A DNA stretch of 64,000 bases, from the NCBI GenBank assembly GCA_023261845.1, contig JALNJZ010000002.1, forward strand, positions 160,001 to 224,000, in the 5' to 3' direction. The position numbers were made by a program, and so were the translations under genes. The DNA is from Candidatus Terraquivivens tengchongensis (lineage in GTDB: Archaea; Thermoproteota; Nitrososphaeria_A; Caldarchaeales; Wolframiiraptoraceae). The notes beneath the pieces are model-generated. The model ran no database searches, was not told where the DNA came from, and saw only the letters and a program-made list of their open reading frames with translations. This document shows positions 28,552-38,049 of the stretch, in pieces; within the stretch, counting starts at the first letter, position 1, and every line of letters begins with the position of its first letter.

Positions 28552-30000
28552 CTAAGAAACTGGCGACCTACCGAGTCTTACGTTTCTGAGCCTTATAGCC
28601 GGGCCACCGAACCAGACTGGCATGCTCTGCATAGGCTCGCTCTTACCACAATAGCCAGCATAGAATTTGACATCTTTACCGACGGCATCGATCGACGAGT
28701 AAAGACCCTTAGTGGTCAACTCGATGGTCGGATTCCTCAGCATGGACTCGAGTTTACCGTTCTTTATCAGATATGCCTCCAGTCCAACGTATCTTTGATT
28801 CCATCTTCTGTCGTCAATGTTCCACTCCATGTATGAGCTTATGTAGACGCCGTATCTGACACCTTCTATCAATTCCTCGAGCGAGTAGTCTCCGGGCTTC
28901 ATGTAAGTATTGGCCATACGCACTATCGGCTCGACGCCGTAAAAGCTCGCTCTCGACGATCCGTTGCTGAGCGTGCCAAACTCGGCAGCTGTTTCCCTAT
29001 TGTGTAGCAACTCGTTTATCCTTCCTTTATCGATGAGCACTCTCTCCTTAGCCTCGACACATTCGTCATCGTAAAGATAATAGCCGAATGAGTTCGGTAG
29101 CCTAGGATCGTCTACGATAGTAACATGCTCCGAGCCTATGTATTCACCGATAAGCTCACGGGTCACGTAGGTCTCGCCGCCTTGTGCCGCCTCCCTTCCA
29201 AGGACCCTATCGGCCTCTAGGGGATGTCCGGCAGACTCGTGACAGATTATTCCAACGAGCTCAGGTCCCAATACGACATCGAGCGTGTCTGTAGGTGGCT
29301 CTACAGCATCTGTCAGAATCTTGGCTAGCTTCCCCGCCTCTTCTGAAATCCTCTCGTCGAGGAGCCATCTCTCAACCCTTTCCCAGCCTCCAGACTCTCC
29401 TATGTTCTCGAACCTTTGAACGGTTCCCTTTCCAGCCTTCGCCGCGGTCAGCATGTAGGAGAACATGACTCTCGGTATATGGCTATGGATGTTTGACCCC
29501 TCGGACGTGATTATGTGCTTCTCGGTTATTAAGTAGCCGACGCTTAAAACCCTCGCTGGAAGCTTTACATCGTTTCGAGAAGTTGCTTCAACGCTCCTAT
29601 CATCAACATCCTTGAGCAGCTCGACCTTTGAGTCAGGGTCAACATATTCAGGCTTTACCCTCGGCTTAATCGCATAGTTTGCCTTTACAGTCTTTACTTC
29701 TGCCATTCTGATGGGGCTTTTGACAGCTTTTGAGGAAGCTTTTGCAAGCGTGATAGCTCTAACAACAGCATCTTTTACATCCGCTTTTTTTGTCAGGTTT
29801 GTTGAGGCAAACCCCATGGAGCCGGAAACTATGGCCCTTATAGACAGGCCCCTACTTGCGCCGAACCCAGGCGCCTCGGGCACGCCGTTCCTTAGCGTGA
29901 ATTCCTCAAAAATATCCGACTGATACCTTACCTCCGCATAGGAGGCGCCCAGTTTCATAGCATAATTGACTGCATAACTTAGAAGGTCCTCCATCACCAT
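28552..30000 (-). CDS. tldD: TldD/PmbA family metalloprotease
   Basis: HESAGHPLEAD, YDDE, RMANTY, CGK. Confidence 0.92.
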   Translation of the reverse strand: MVMEDLLSYAVNYAMKLGASYAEVRYQSDIFEEFTLRNGVPEAPGFGASRGLSIRAIVSGSMGFASTNLTKKADVKDAVVRAITLAKASSKAVKSPIRMAEVKTVKANYAIKPRVKPEYVDPDSKVELLKDVDDRSVEATSRNDVKLPARVLSVGYLITEKHIITSEGSNIHSHIPRVMFSYMLTAAKAGKGTVQRFENIGESGGWERVERWLLDERISEEAGKLAKILTDAVEPPTDTLDVVLGPELVGIICHESAGHPLEADRVLGREAAQGGETYVTRELIGEYIGSEHVTIVDDPRLPNSFGYYLYDDECVEAKERVLIDKGRINELLHNRETAAEFGTLSNGSSRASFYGVEPIVRMANTYMKPGDYSLEELIEGVRYGVYISSYMEWNIDDRRWNQRYVGLEAYLIKNGKLESMLRNPTIELTTKGLYSSIDAVGKDVKFYAGYCGKSEPMQSMPVWFGGPAIRLRNVRLGRSPVS

Positions 30001-30033
30001 GGCTCAACATTCCAAAAAATCTTTAATTAATTT

Positions 30034-30303
30034 TTAAACCCTTTTTGGGAGGAATTTCTCCTGCTCTTTATCCCTTATGCTGAGTATGGCTTGGGCTCTA
30101 TGTAGCAACAGCCTAGCTTTTTGGTAGAGGCTCTTAGCCTGCTCCATCTCGCCTTCTGTAAGCTTCTGCTTGAGCATGAAATCTTCCAACTTTGAACTTA
30201 TCTCCTGAAGAATCTCTACCACGAGCTCGAGCCTGCTCTCGCTCTCTACAGACATCTGGCAAAACTTCAGCTCCTCCTCGATGTCTGCCAGCACCGTACT
30301 CAT
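30034..30303 (-). CDS. Hypothetical all-helical protein (89 aa)
   Basis: Fills the gap, has an AGGTGG SD-like motif upstream, amphipathic helical composition. Confidence 0.7.
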   Translation of the reverse strand: MSTVLADIEEELKFCQMSVESESRLELVVEILQEISSKLEDFMLKQKLTEGEMEQAKSLYQKARLLLHRAQAILSIRDKEQEKFLPKRV

Positions 30304-30425
30304 GCGGGTTGACCCACCTTCAGTATAATTTCAAAACGTGTCTATTAAGAGTTTTTCTGATAATGTAACGTGGGTTGCAAAGCTTTTATAAACCTGCCCT
30401 ATCCATCCTCTGGTTAAGCACGGAC

Positions 30426-31145
30426 ATGATAGGCCAACCGCAACACATTAAATCAGCAAAAGGCGAAGTTGCAGAAAGGGTTGTGGTTGCAGGAGACCCG
30501 GCTAGGGTTGTTCAACTTTCTAGAATGTTAGAAAGACCAAAACTCGTTAATGAAAACCGTGGCTTTTTGACATACACTGGTTACTTTAATGGTACACCAA
30601 TAACGGTTTCTTGTCACGGCGTTGGCGGCCCATCGTCTGCGATAGTTTTTGAGGAGCTTGTCATGTTGGGTGCCAAGGTCGTCGTTAGGCTTGGCACGAC
30701 TGGAGCATTTTTAAAGCACATGAAGATCGGCGAGGTGGTCATTCCGACTGGGGCAGCATACTTAGGGGGAACGCTTGCGCAGTACGTACCCGATGCCCAC
30801 ATAACCCCTGTTCCTAGCTTTGACGTGACGAATGAGTTGGTTAATACCGCAAGGGAGGAGGGGCTGACGTACCACATCGGGCCTGTATTCTCGAGCGATG
30901 CATTCTACGCTGAGGACCCTGAGTTCGTCAAGAGGTGGTCAAGCAAAGGCTACATATCCGTCGAGATGGAGTGTGCAACACTCTTCGGCCTCGGGATGCT
31001 ACGTGGTGTTAAAACAGGTGCTATGCTCCTCATAAGCGACAACTTGGCAGAGATGACGCCCATGGTAAATGCTGAATATCTTAAGCCATACGTCGAGAAG
31101 GCAGGAAGGGCAGTCTTCAAAGCACTCCTGAGGATAAAGCTCTAA
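30426..31145 (+). CDS. deoD: Purine nucleoside phosphorylase (PNP/UDP family)
   Basis: GDPAR, NRG, HGVGGPS...EEL, RLGT, SSDAFY, VEME; start set at ATG 30426. Confidence 0.9.
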   Translation: MIGQPQHIKSAKGEVAERVVVAGDPARVVQLSRMLERPKLVNENRGFLTYTGYFNGTPITVSCHGVGGPSSAIVFEELVMLGAKVVVRLGTTGAFLKHMKIGEVVIPTGAAYLGGTLAQYVPDAHITPVPSFDVTNELVNTAREEGLTYHIGPVFSSDAFYAEDPEFVKRWSSKGYISVEMECATLFGLGMLRGVKTGAMLLISDNLAEMTPMVNAEYLKPYVEKAGRAVFKALLRIKL

Positions 31146-31909
31146 GATACGCTCTCCAAAACCGACTTGAGCGACGTCACGAAGTCTGACACTTTTTTCT
31201 TCGCAACACTAGCAGTATTATCCTCTATTATATTGACTAGCTCGCTACCTACGACTATTCCGTCAACCATACCTACTAACGTCTTCGCATAGGACAGGTC
31301 TCTTATACCGAAACCAGCCACCAAAGATGTATTGCCGACCAGCCCCCTGACTCTTGTAATGGACTTAGCAGGATCTATGTAAGCTACTTCGCCCGTAACC
31401 GACGATATGCCGATATAAACAAATACTGGATTGTAGCTCGCCATAATCTTGATTGTATTATCTGGATAATTGTAGCTCGCGAAGAACAGTTTTTCGAGAT
31501 TTACGGTGTCGCAGGCTTTTGCATATTCGTCCAAAGCCGAAGGACCAACCATGCCCAAGTCCGGTATTAGCGCACTAGAAGCTCCAGTCTCTGCGACCGA
31601 ATGCATAAACTCCGTTAACTGTCCAGCGGTATTCAGATAACACAACAGTATTTTCGTTGCGTTAACGTTTTTAGCAATATCTAGCGCCATGCCCTTATCT
31701 ATACCCTGCTCCTTTACTCTCCAATAAGATAGCCTTATGCTCGTGCCGTCATAGATGGCGATTTTAGGTGGTATGCCAAGTTCAAGTATATCAGCACCAG
31801 AACTTTTGAGTATATCACAATATTCCATGAATGCATCAGGTGTCGGATATCCCAAAGTCATGTAGGTTATAAGACATTTCTTCTTTCTCGTAATTTCTCG
31901 TATGTTCAA
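31142..31909 (-). CDS. trpA: Tryptophan synthase alpha chain
   Basis: YMTLGYP, LELGIP, YDG, IPDL, GFGI, DGIVVGS; TTG start overlapping the trpF stop. Confidence 0.9.
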   Translation of the reverse strand: MNIREITRKKKCLITYMTLGYPTPDAFMEYCDILKSSGADILELGIPPKIAIYDGTSIRLSYWRVKEQGIDKGMALDIAKNVNATKILLCYLNTAGQLTEFMHSVAETGASSALIPDLGMVGPSALDEYAKACDTVNLEKLFFASYNYPDNTIKIMASYNPVFVYIGISSVTGEVAYIDPAKSITRVRGLVGNTSLVAGFGIRDLSYAKTLVGMVDGIVVGSELVNIIEDNTASVAKKKVSDFVTSLKSVLESVS

Positions 31910-32559
31910 CAAACCTCGCACCGTTTTGCATTCTTTACGAATTCAAAAATCTTTTTTCTGTCCTTTATACCGGGACTGACCTCTACACCGGACGATACGT
32001 CAACGGCATAAGGCCTCACGCTACGTACAGCTTCTGCCACGTTCTCAGGTCTTAGACCGCCAGCAAGTATTACGGGCTTAGGGTAAAGGCACTCAACAAC
32101 CTTTCTACTTATCTCCCAGTCGTGAATCTTACCCTGACCACCGTACCCTCCGACGAGCGAATCAAGCAACAAGGCGTCGAACTCATTTATTGAGTTTCTC
32201 AGAGATTCAACGTCAGAAACTTCATTGACGTTGATCGCCTTTATTAACCTAATATCGGACAACGCATTACGCAACTTTTCGGCACCCGAAAAGTCGTTAC
32301 CGTGTATCTGCAATGCAGAAGGTCTAAGCAGGTTACGAACTCTAAGTAGCTCGTCAAAATCTGATGTAACAGTTACTACCACGCTATCTACAAATACGGG
32401 TACTGTTTTTATCAACTCTTTGGCCCTTTCGTAAGTTAGATTTCTCGGCGATAGTGGTGAGGCTACGACGAATCCTACAGCATCGGCGCCAGCATCCACA
32501 GCATCCATTAGGTCTTGCTCGCGTGTTATGCCGCAGATCTTAACCCTTACATAGGTCAT
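31906..32559 (-). CDS. trpF: Phosphoribosylanthranilate isomerase
   Basis: VKICGIT, QIHG, LAGGL, VDVSSGVE. Confidence 0.96.
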   Translation of the reverse strand: MTYVRVKICGITREQDLMDAVDAGADAVGFVVASPLSPRNLTYERAKELIKTVPVFVDSVVVTVTSDFDELLRVRNLLRPSALQIHGNDFSGAEKLRNALSDIRLIKAINVNEVSDVESLRNSINEFDALLLDSLVGGYGGQGKIHDWEISRKVVECLYPKPVILAGGLRPENVAEAVRSVRPYAVDVSSGVEVSPGIKDRKKIFEFVKNAKRCEVC

Positions 32560-33334
32560 GGCCTCTCACAAGCTCTCTTACGCTACTCTCAATGTTCGTT
32601 GACGTCATTATGAACGTCCCGACCAAGAAAGCATCTGCACCGAGATTTTTCAGGAGAATAACTTGGGCAGGGCTGTTTATACCACTCTCACACACGACCA
32701 GTTTGCGCTTAACTTTTGCACTCGTAAGTATTCGTTTTGAAATATTGATATCGACCTCCAACATCTCTAAATCACGGTTGTTTATCCCTAGCATGTCTGC
32801 CTCCGTATCCATGCCGGAAAGAAACTCTTCCTCTGTGTGAGTTTCTAAAAGTACTTCAAGACCTAACGAGTGAGCCGTTTTTATCATGTCGTCTAAATCT
32901 TCATCGCACATGCTCTGGTCGTAAACTTTCTTTATTAGGAGAACAGCGCTCGCTCCTAACCTCGATGCGGCCTCAAGCTGAATACTGCTAACGATTACGT
33001 CCTTCATAAGTATTGGTATGCTGACAGTTTCTCTAACAGCTCTCAGCTTATCTAACGAGCCATCGAAGAATGTGTTTTCCGTCAAAACCGATATGCCTAC
33101 AGCTCCGCCACGTTCCATAGCCTTAGCCATGCTTTTGACGTCTCCATGTATGCGCCTTCCCATGGTTGGCGACGTCAGCTTCAGTTCAGCTATAATAGGA
33201 ATGGCCTTGCAGGCGAGTATCGCCTCTTTTAAGCTCGGAGGTTTTGAAAATGTTGCCGAAGAAGGTACATCATAGTAGCCGTTCTTCACGCGCTTGATGG
33301 CATTTTCGACCAAAACCTTAAGGAAGTTGGCCAT
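32540..33334 (-). CDS. trpC: Indole-3-glycerol-phosphate synthase
   Basis: IAELKLTSP, SVLTE, LMKD, GINNRDL, ESGI. Confidence 0.95.
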   Translation of the reverse strand: MANFLKVLVENAIKRVKNGYYDVPSSATFSKPPSLKEAILACKAIPIIAELKLTSPTMGRRIHGDVKSMAKAMERGGAVGISVLTENTFFDGSLDKLRAVRETVSIPILMKDVIVSSIQLEAASRLGASAVLLIKKVYDQSMCDEDLDDMIKTAHSLGLEVLLETHTEEEFLSGMDTEADMLGINNRDLEMLEVDINISKRILTSAKVKRKLVVCESGINSPAQVILLKNLGADAFLVGTFIMTSTNIESSVRELVRGHDLCKG

Positions 33335-34388
33335 ATATCTCCTCCATCCTTTCAAGCTTGGATGGATCACCGCTAAGTTTCACCAGCTCCTTCAACTTTT
33401 TGTACGCCTTGCCACTCTCCAAAGACTCCCTTGCCAGCTCCATACCTTCGAGAAAGCTATCCGCCTGTCCGCCCAATAATATGCCCAAAGCAGCGTTGAC
33501 TAAGACAGCATCCTTCTTAGGGCCGCCTTTACCATTCAGAATCATAAAGGCTACTTGTGCCGCCTCCTCTTGTGTCTTAATTTCTAGGTCTTCCCGTCTG
33601 CAAGGCTCAACACCAAAATCTCTTGGTGTCAACTCAAGAATCCTAACATTATTATGCTTCAACCATGCAACCCTTGTTTTACCTATTATCGACACCTCAT
33701 CTAAACCGTCAAGACCGTGCACGATGAAGGCCTCTTCGCATCCCAAGTTCATCAACACATATGCTAGCGTATTCATGATTTTATCATCATATACACCTAA
33801 TAGCTGGGCGTTTACGTCGGCTGGATTCGCAAGGGGTCCGAGAATATTGAATACAGTCCTTATTCCCATCTCTTTCCTTACCCGCTGAACGTTTTTCATA
33901 GCCGGGTGGAAATATGGGGCGTACATGAAGCCTATGCCAACAACCTCGATAGCCCTTTCGACCGATTCAGGCTCCTGCTCAAGCCTTAAGCCAAACATTT
34001 CAAGCAAATCAGCGCTGCCGCACTTTCCAGAAATTGCTCTGTTCCCATGCTTCGCTACTTTGACACCAGCTCCAGCAACAACGAAGGCCGCAACCGTGCT
34101 TATGTTGAATGTTTTGATCCTATCGCCGCCAGTTCCGCATACATCTATAAGCCTTCCATTTATCTTGGGTTTTACCTTACAACAGTATTCCTTCATAACC
34201 TTTGTGAAAGCGGTAAGTTCTATAACAGACTCACCCTTCATTCTGATTGCCGTCAAGAAGCTTGCAAGCTGGGCATCAGTAACATTACCATCCATTATGC
34301 TCCTCATAGCGCTTTCGGCCTCATCGTAGTTTAAGTCGTACCCCTCAACGAGCTTCCTAAGTATCTCCACAAACATATCAAAAACCAT
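33318..34388 (-). CDS. trpD: Anthranilate phosphoribosyltransferase
   Basis: DVCGTGGD, NIST, KHGN, GSAD, HPAM, GLDE. Confidence 0.96.
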   Translation of the reverse strand: MVFDMFVEILRKLVEGYDLNYDEAESAMRSIMDGNVTDAQLASFLTAIRMKGESVIELTAFTKVMKEYCCKVKPKINGRLIDVCGTGGDRIKTFNISTVAAFVVAGAGVKVAKHGNRAISGKCGSADLLEMFGLRLEQEPESVERAIEVVGIGFMYAPYFHPAMKNVQRVRKEMGIRTVFNILGPLANPADVNAQLLGVYDDKIMNTLAYVLMNLGCEEAFIVHGLDGLDEVSIIGKTRVAWLKHNNVRILELTPRDFGVEPCRREDLEIKTQEEAAQVAFMILNGKGGPKKDAVLVNAALGILLGGQADSFLEGMELARESLESGKAYKKLKELVKLSGDPSKLERMEEIYGQLP

Positions 34389-34959
34389 CCAAGAAATTTT
34401 TCAGAATCTTTTTACCATCCTCGCACATCACGGACTCAGGATGGAACTGCACGCCTTCTATAGGATGCTCTATATGGCGAACACCCATTATCTCATAGTC
34501 ATCAATAGATTCAGCCGTAATTACAAGACATGAGGGCAAGGATTTCCTCTCCCCGCAAAGGGAATGGTAGCGGGCAACCCTCAGAGGATTCTTGACGTTT
34601 TTGAAGAGACCCGTACCGTCATGCCTGATAAGACTAGTCTTTCCATGCATGAGTCTCTTCGCCTTTACAATTTTACCACCGAAGGCATAAATTATGCTCT
34701 GATGCCCTAAGCAAACACCGAGTATAGGTATTTTGGGTCCTAACTCCTTGACTATGTCGATACACGAGCCGACGTACTTCGGGTCTTGGGGAGATCCAGG
34801 ACCTGGCGATAAGATTATCCTATCAGGCTCCAGCATTTTAGCACGCTCCAAAGTTATCTCATCATTCCTGTACACAAGAGGTCTGCCGCCCAATTCACCG
34901 ACGTACTGGACTAAGTTGTAAACGAAGGAATCGTAATTATCTATGATGAGAACCCTCAT
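34378..34959 (-). CDS. trpG: Anthranilate synthase component II
   Basis: IDNYDSF, SPGPG, GVCLGHQ, QFHPES. Confidence 0.96.
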   Translation of the reverse strand: MRVLIIDNYDSFVYNLVQYVGELGGRPLVYRNDEITLERAKMLEPDRIILSPGPGSPQDPKYVGSCIDIVKELGPKIPILGVCLGHQSIIYAFGGKIVKAKRLMHGKTSLIRHDGTGLFKNVKNPLRVARYHSLCGERKSLPSCLVITAESIDDYEIMGVRHIEHPIEGVQFHPESVMCEDGKKILKNFLDGF

Positions 34960-36272
34960 TTTCCTTCACCACTAGACATCTTCAACGCTTCCACGAGCGG
35001 GGCAAGTTTGTGTTCAGTCTCCATCCATTCGTTTTCAGCCTTTGACTCCGCGACTATACCTGCGCCTGCTTGAATGAATGCTCTACCATTGTTGATGAAC
35101 ATCGTCCTAATCGTTATCGCAAAGTTTGAGTTGCCGTTGAATGATATGTAGCCGACCGAGCCAGCGTACGGTCCCCTCCTCGTAGGCTCCAATTCCTCTA
35201 TGATCTCCATCGCTCTAACCTTTGGCGCACCCGTTACAGTGCCTGCTGGAAACACGGCTCTAAGCGCGTCGTAGCAATCGCAACCTTCCCTTAGTTTACC
35301 GACAACCCTTGAGACTATGTGAAGCACGTGACTGTACTTGTAGACCTTCTTCAGCTCCGAGACCCGCACGCTACCAAATTTTGAGACCTTGCCTAAGTCA
35401 TTCCTCGCAAGGTCGACGAGCATCATGTGCTCAGAAAGTTCTTTTGGGTCATTGAGCAGGTCCTTTCTTAGCATCTTATCGTTTCCGCGTGGTCTTGTGC
35501 CAGCGATGGGCATAGTTTCGACGAAATTACCATGGACCCTAACGAGCGCTTCTGGGCTGGAGCCTATGATGTATCTTTCCCCCATCTTCAAGATGTACAT
35601 ATAAGGAGAAGGATTGAGCCCACGTAACGCTGAATAGAACGTAATCACGCTGCCCTTAACGTTAAAACTGTACTTCTTTGATAGGACAACTTGGAAAGCA
35701 TCACCGGCGGCTATGTATTCCTTGACAACCTCTACCATTGAGATGAACTTCTCTTTATCAACGTTGGGCCTGAGCTCCGTGTGTAATAGGGGTTGTTGCT
35801 CCGGCTTTTTCACGAGTAAGTGCGTAATCTCATCAAGTCTATCCTCCTTAAGGTAATAGTAGTGTACCCTCCTGTCCTTTCCATTAAATAGTAGGCCGTC
35901 ATAGTATGCTCCAAACTCCATGTCTGGAAATCCATGGTCATCGACGGTTTTCTGAGGCAACTTTTCCAAGTACCTGACCAGATCGTATGATACGTAGCCA
36001 ACGGCGCCTCCAGCAAATTTTAACTTTGCATGGTTGTGATGTATCTGACCTACAGCTTCTCTCAAAGTTTGCAAGGGCTCCGATGTCCTTTTGCGCAGTT
36101 CGCCCTCGGGCGACTTAATAACGCACACACCATCTTTAACTATAACAGTTTTCAGAGGATTAAAGCCCACTAAGCACTGTTGGGCAATCCTACGCCTTGA
36201 ATTTGTAAACTCTATGAGGTATGCATATTCGTAATGCTCGCTCAGGTTTGTGAAAACTTCAATGGGTGACAA
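34956..36272 (-). CDS. trpE: Anthranilate synthase component I (5' end ambiguous; see findings)
   Basis: [45 protein letters not shown]; frame stays open upstream to 36344 without a start codon. Confidence 0.93.
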   Translation of the reverse strand: MSPIEVFTNLSEHYEYAYLIEFTNSRRRIAQQCLVGFNPLKTVIVKDGVCVIKSPEGELRKRTSEPLQTLREAVGQIHHNHAKLKFAGGAVGYVSYDLVRYLEKLPQKTVDDHGFPDMEFGAYYDGLLFNGKDRRVHYYYLKEDRLDEITHLLVKKPEQQPLLHTELRPNVDKEKFISMVEVVKEYIAAGDAFQVVLSKKYSFNVKGSVITFYSALRGLNPSPYMYILKMGERYIIGSSPEALVRVHGNFVETMPIAGTRPRGNDKMLRKDLLNDPKELSEHMMLVDLARNDLGKVSKFGSVRVSELKKVYKYSHVLHIVSRVVGKLREGCDCYDALRAVFPAGTVTGAPKVRAMEIIEELEPTRRGPYAGSVGYISFNGNSNFAITIRTMFINNGRAFIQAGAGIVAESKAENEWMETEHKLAPLVEALKMSSGEGK

Positions 36273-36315
36273 ATCAGTGTATACGTCTTTAAACCTTGGC
36301 CGTTCGTATGTCTGA

Positions 36316-36380
36316 TCAATGCCAAAGGCACATGCCCCGCAACCTTAGCGTAGTTACGAAGATTGATTGTATTTAATAAT
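36316..36380 (-). promoter_or_regulatory. trp operon promoter/leader: TATA-like box, SD-like AGGTTG and 5-codon ORF MCLWH*
   Basis: Minus strand reads ATTATTAAAT (36380-36371)...AAGGTTGCGGGGC-ATG TGC CTT TGG CAT TGA (36333-36316). Confidence 0.6.
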
Positions 36381-36535
36381 TAGTGCACAAAAATGCTCAA
36401 CGCAAAATCGAGAATAATGGCCCAGAAAAACGACGTTTAAACCCAAAAGGATCTAAGTTCTTTTTGAATGTACAATTCTGTTACATTAAAAACGGCTCCA
36501 TGGTTATGTTTAGATACTGCCCATAGCAGTTATGC

Positions 36536-37522
36536 ATGCGTATGAGAGAGCGGAACACCATAACGGTATGGGTTCCTTCTAGCTCCGCAAACCTCGGACC
36601 AGGTTTCGACGTGCTTTCCATAGCACTTAGAGAACCGTCCCTAAAAGTGAGCCTGTCATTCTGTGGCGGTGATAATATCAAGCTTGTACTCAAAGGTAAA
36701 TATGGAGAAACTCTTTGCGCCAGCCCAGAAGTTCACTCCGGATGCAGAGCACTTAGAGCACTCATGAACAAGTACAGCATCAATGAAGGGCTTGAAATGG
36801 TTGTGTATGTTGACATACCGCCGAAAAAGGGCCTCGGACTTTCTGGTGCAGAGGCCGCTGGTGCCGTAGTCGCATTAAACGAATTGCTTTCCTTGGCACT
36901 ATCGAAAGATGAGTTAGTTCACTACGCATCATATGGTGAGCCGGAAGGGCATTTGGATAACGTGTCTGCCTCGGTATGCGGAGGCTTTAACATCGTGGTA
37001 AAAGACTACGTCAGCGGAATGCCGCGCGTTTATAACTTCAGACCACCATCAGACCTTGGCACAGTCGTCATAGTTCCGAATATAGAAAAGAAATCCACGG
37101 AGGATGCAAGAAAGGCCGTTCCCGCATTCGTCCACAAGAGCGATATGATCGGGAACATTTCCAGAGTTGCTGCAGTATCTGTAGGTTTTGTCACAGGCGA
37201 CGTGGAGTGCATTCTGAGAAACATAGCATGGGATACTGTTGTCGAGAGGGCTAGAGCTGATTCTCAGGTGTACGGAAATGGTATAGACTGGCGATTCTTG
37301 GAAGAAGAGAAGCTCTACTTGTTCAAAAAGTACGGCATCGCAGAGACAATAAGCGGTGCTGGCCCCTCAAGGATTTTGTGGTATAGTATATCACGGCATT
37401 CACAGGTGGTAGATGAGGCCTTAGGCTATGTTGTAGACCGTATAAAAGAGCTCGGGTATAGCGTGGAAGGGATTTTCAAGACGTATCCGTCTGGAATTGG
37501 TGCGTATAAATTATCGGAATGA
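36536..37522 (+). CDS. thrB: Homoserine kinase (GHMP family)
   Basis: PSSSANLGPGFD, IPPKKGLGLSG, EGHLDN, ISGAGPS. Confidence 0.9.
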   Translation: MRMRERNTITVWVPSSSANLGPGFDVLSIALREPSLKVSLSFCGGDNIKLVLKGKYGETLCASPEVHSGCRALRALMNKYSINEGLEMVVYVDIPPKKGLGLSGAEAAGAVVALNELLSLALSKDELVHYASYGEPEGHLDNVSASVCGGFNIVVKDYVSGMPRVYNFRPPSDLGTVVIVPNIEKKSTEDARKAVPAFVHKSDMIGNISRVAAVSVGFVTGDVECILRNIAWDTVVERARADSQVYGNGIDWRFLEEEKLYLFKKYGIAETISGAGPSRILWYSISRHSQVVDEALGYVVDRIKELGYSVEGIFKTYPSGIGAYKLSE

Positions 37523-37568
37523 TTTAGATAAAATGGTTTATTAATAGGACGTTTTACGTTAAGCCGTC

Positions 37569-37985
37569 ATGCAAGACGACGAGTTAGAAAAAATAAAGCA
37601 ACGTAAACTTGCCGAGCTTATGAAGAAAATATCAGGAATAAAGGGTGGCTTTGTAACACAGACACCTTCTGAGCCCGTTACGCTTACCGATGAAAATTTT
37701 GATAGTTTTATCTCGAGTAACAGGCTTGCTGTCGTAGACTTTTGGGCGGAATGGTGCGCGCCTTGCAGGATGCTCGCACCAGTTATTAAAGAACTCGCAA
37801 AGGAATACGCCGGGAAGATAACCTTCGGGAAGCTCAACGTGGACGAGAATCCAAAGACCGTTATGAAGTTTGGGATAATGAGTATACCGACCCTAATAGT
37901 TTTTAAAGATGGGCAGCCGGTTGACATGATAATCGGTGCGGTGCCGAAAAGGCAGATAGAAGTGAGACTAAATAGGTACATTTAA
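37569..37985 (+). CDS. trxA: Thioredoxin
   Basis: DFWAEWCAPC, IMSIPT. Confidence 0.96.
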   Translation: MQDDELEKIKQRKLAELMKKISGIKGGFVTQTPSEPVTLTDENFDSFISSNRLAVVDFWAEWCAPCRMLAPVIKELAKEYAGKITFGKLNVDENPKTVMKFGIMSIPTLIVFKDGQPVDMIIGAVPKRQIEVRLNRYI

Positions 37986-38049
37986 AGCAGCATATCCTTG
38001 GAGAAGTGATAATCAAAAAACCCTTTAATAGGTAGTCCGTGCCTCATAT

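Noticed and set aside
36467-36487. TGTACA within an AATGTA/TACATT inverted repeat as a TrpY TRP box
   Set aside because: Single hexamer ~90 nt from the trp TATA, nearer thrB; no trpY in the window.
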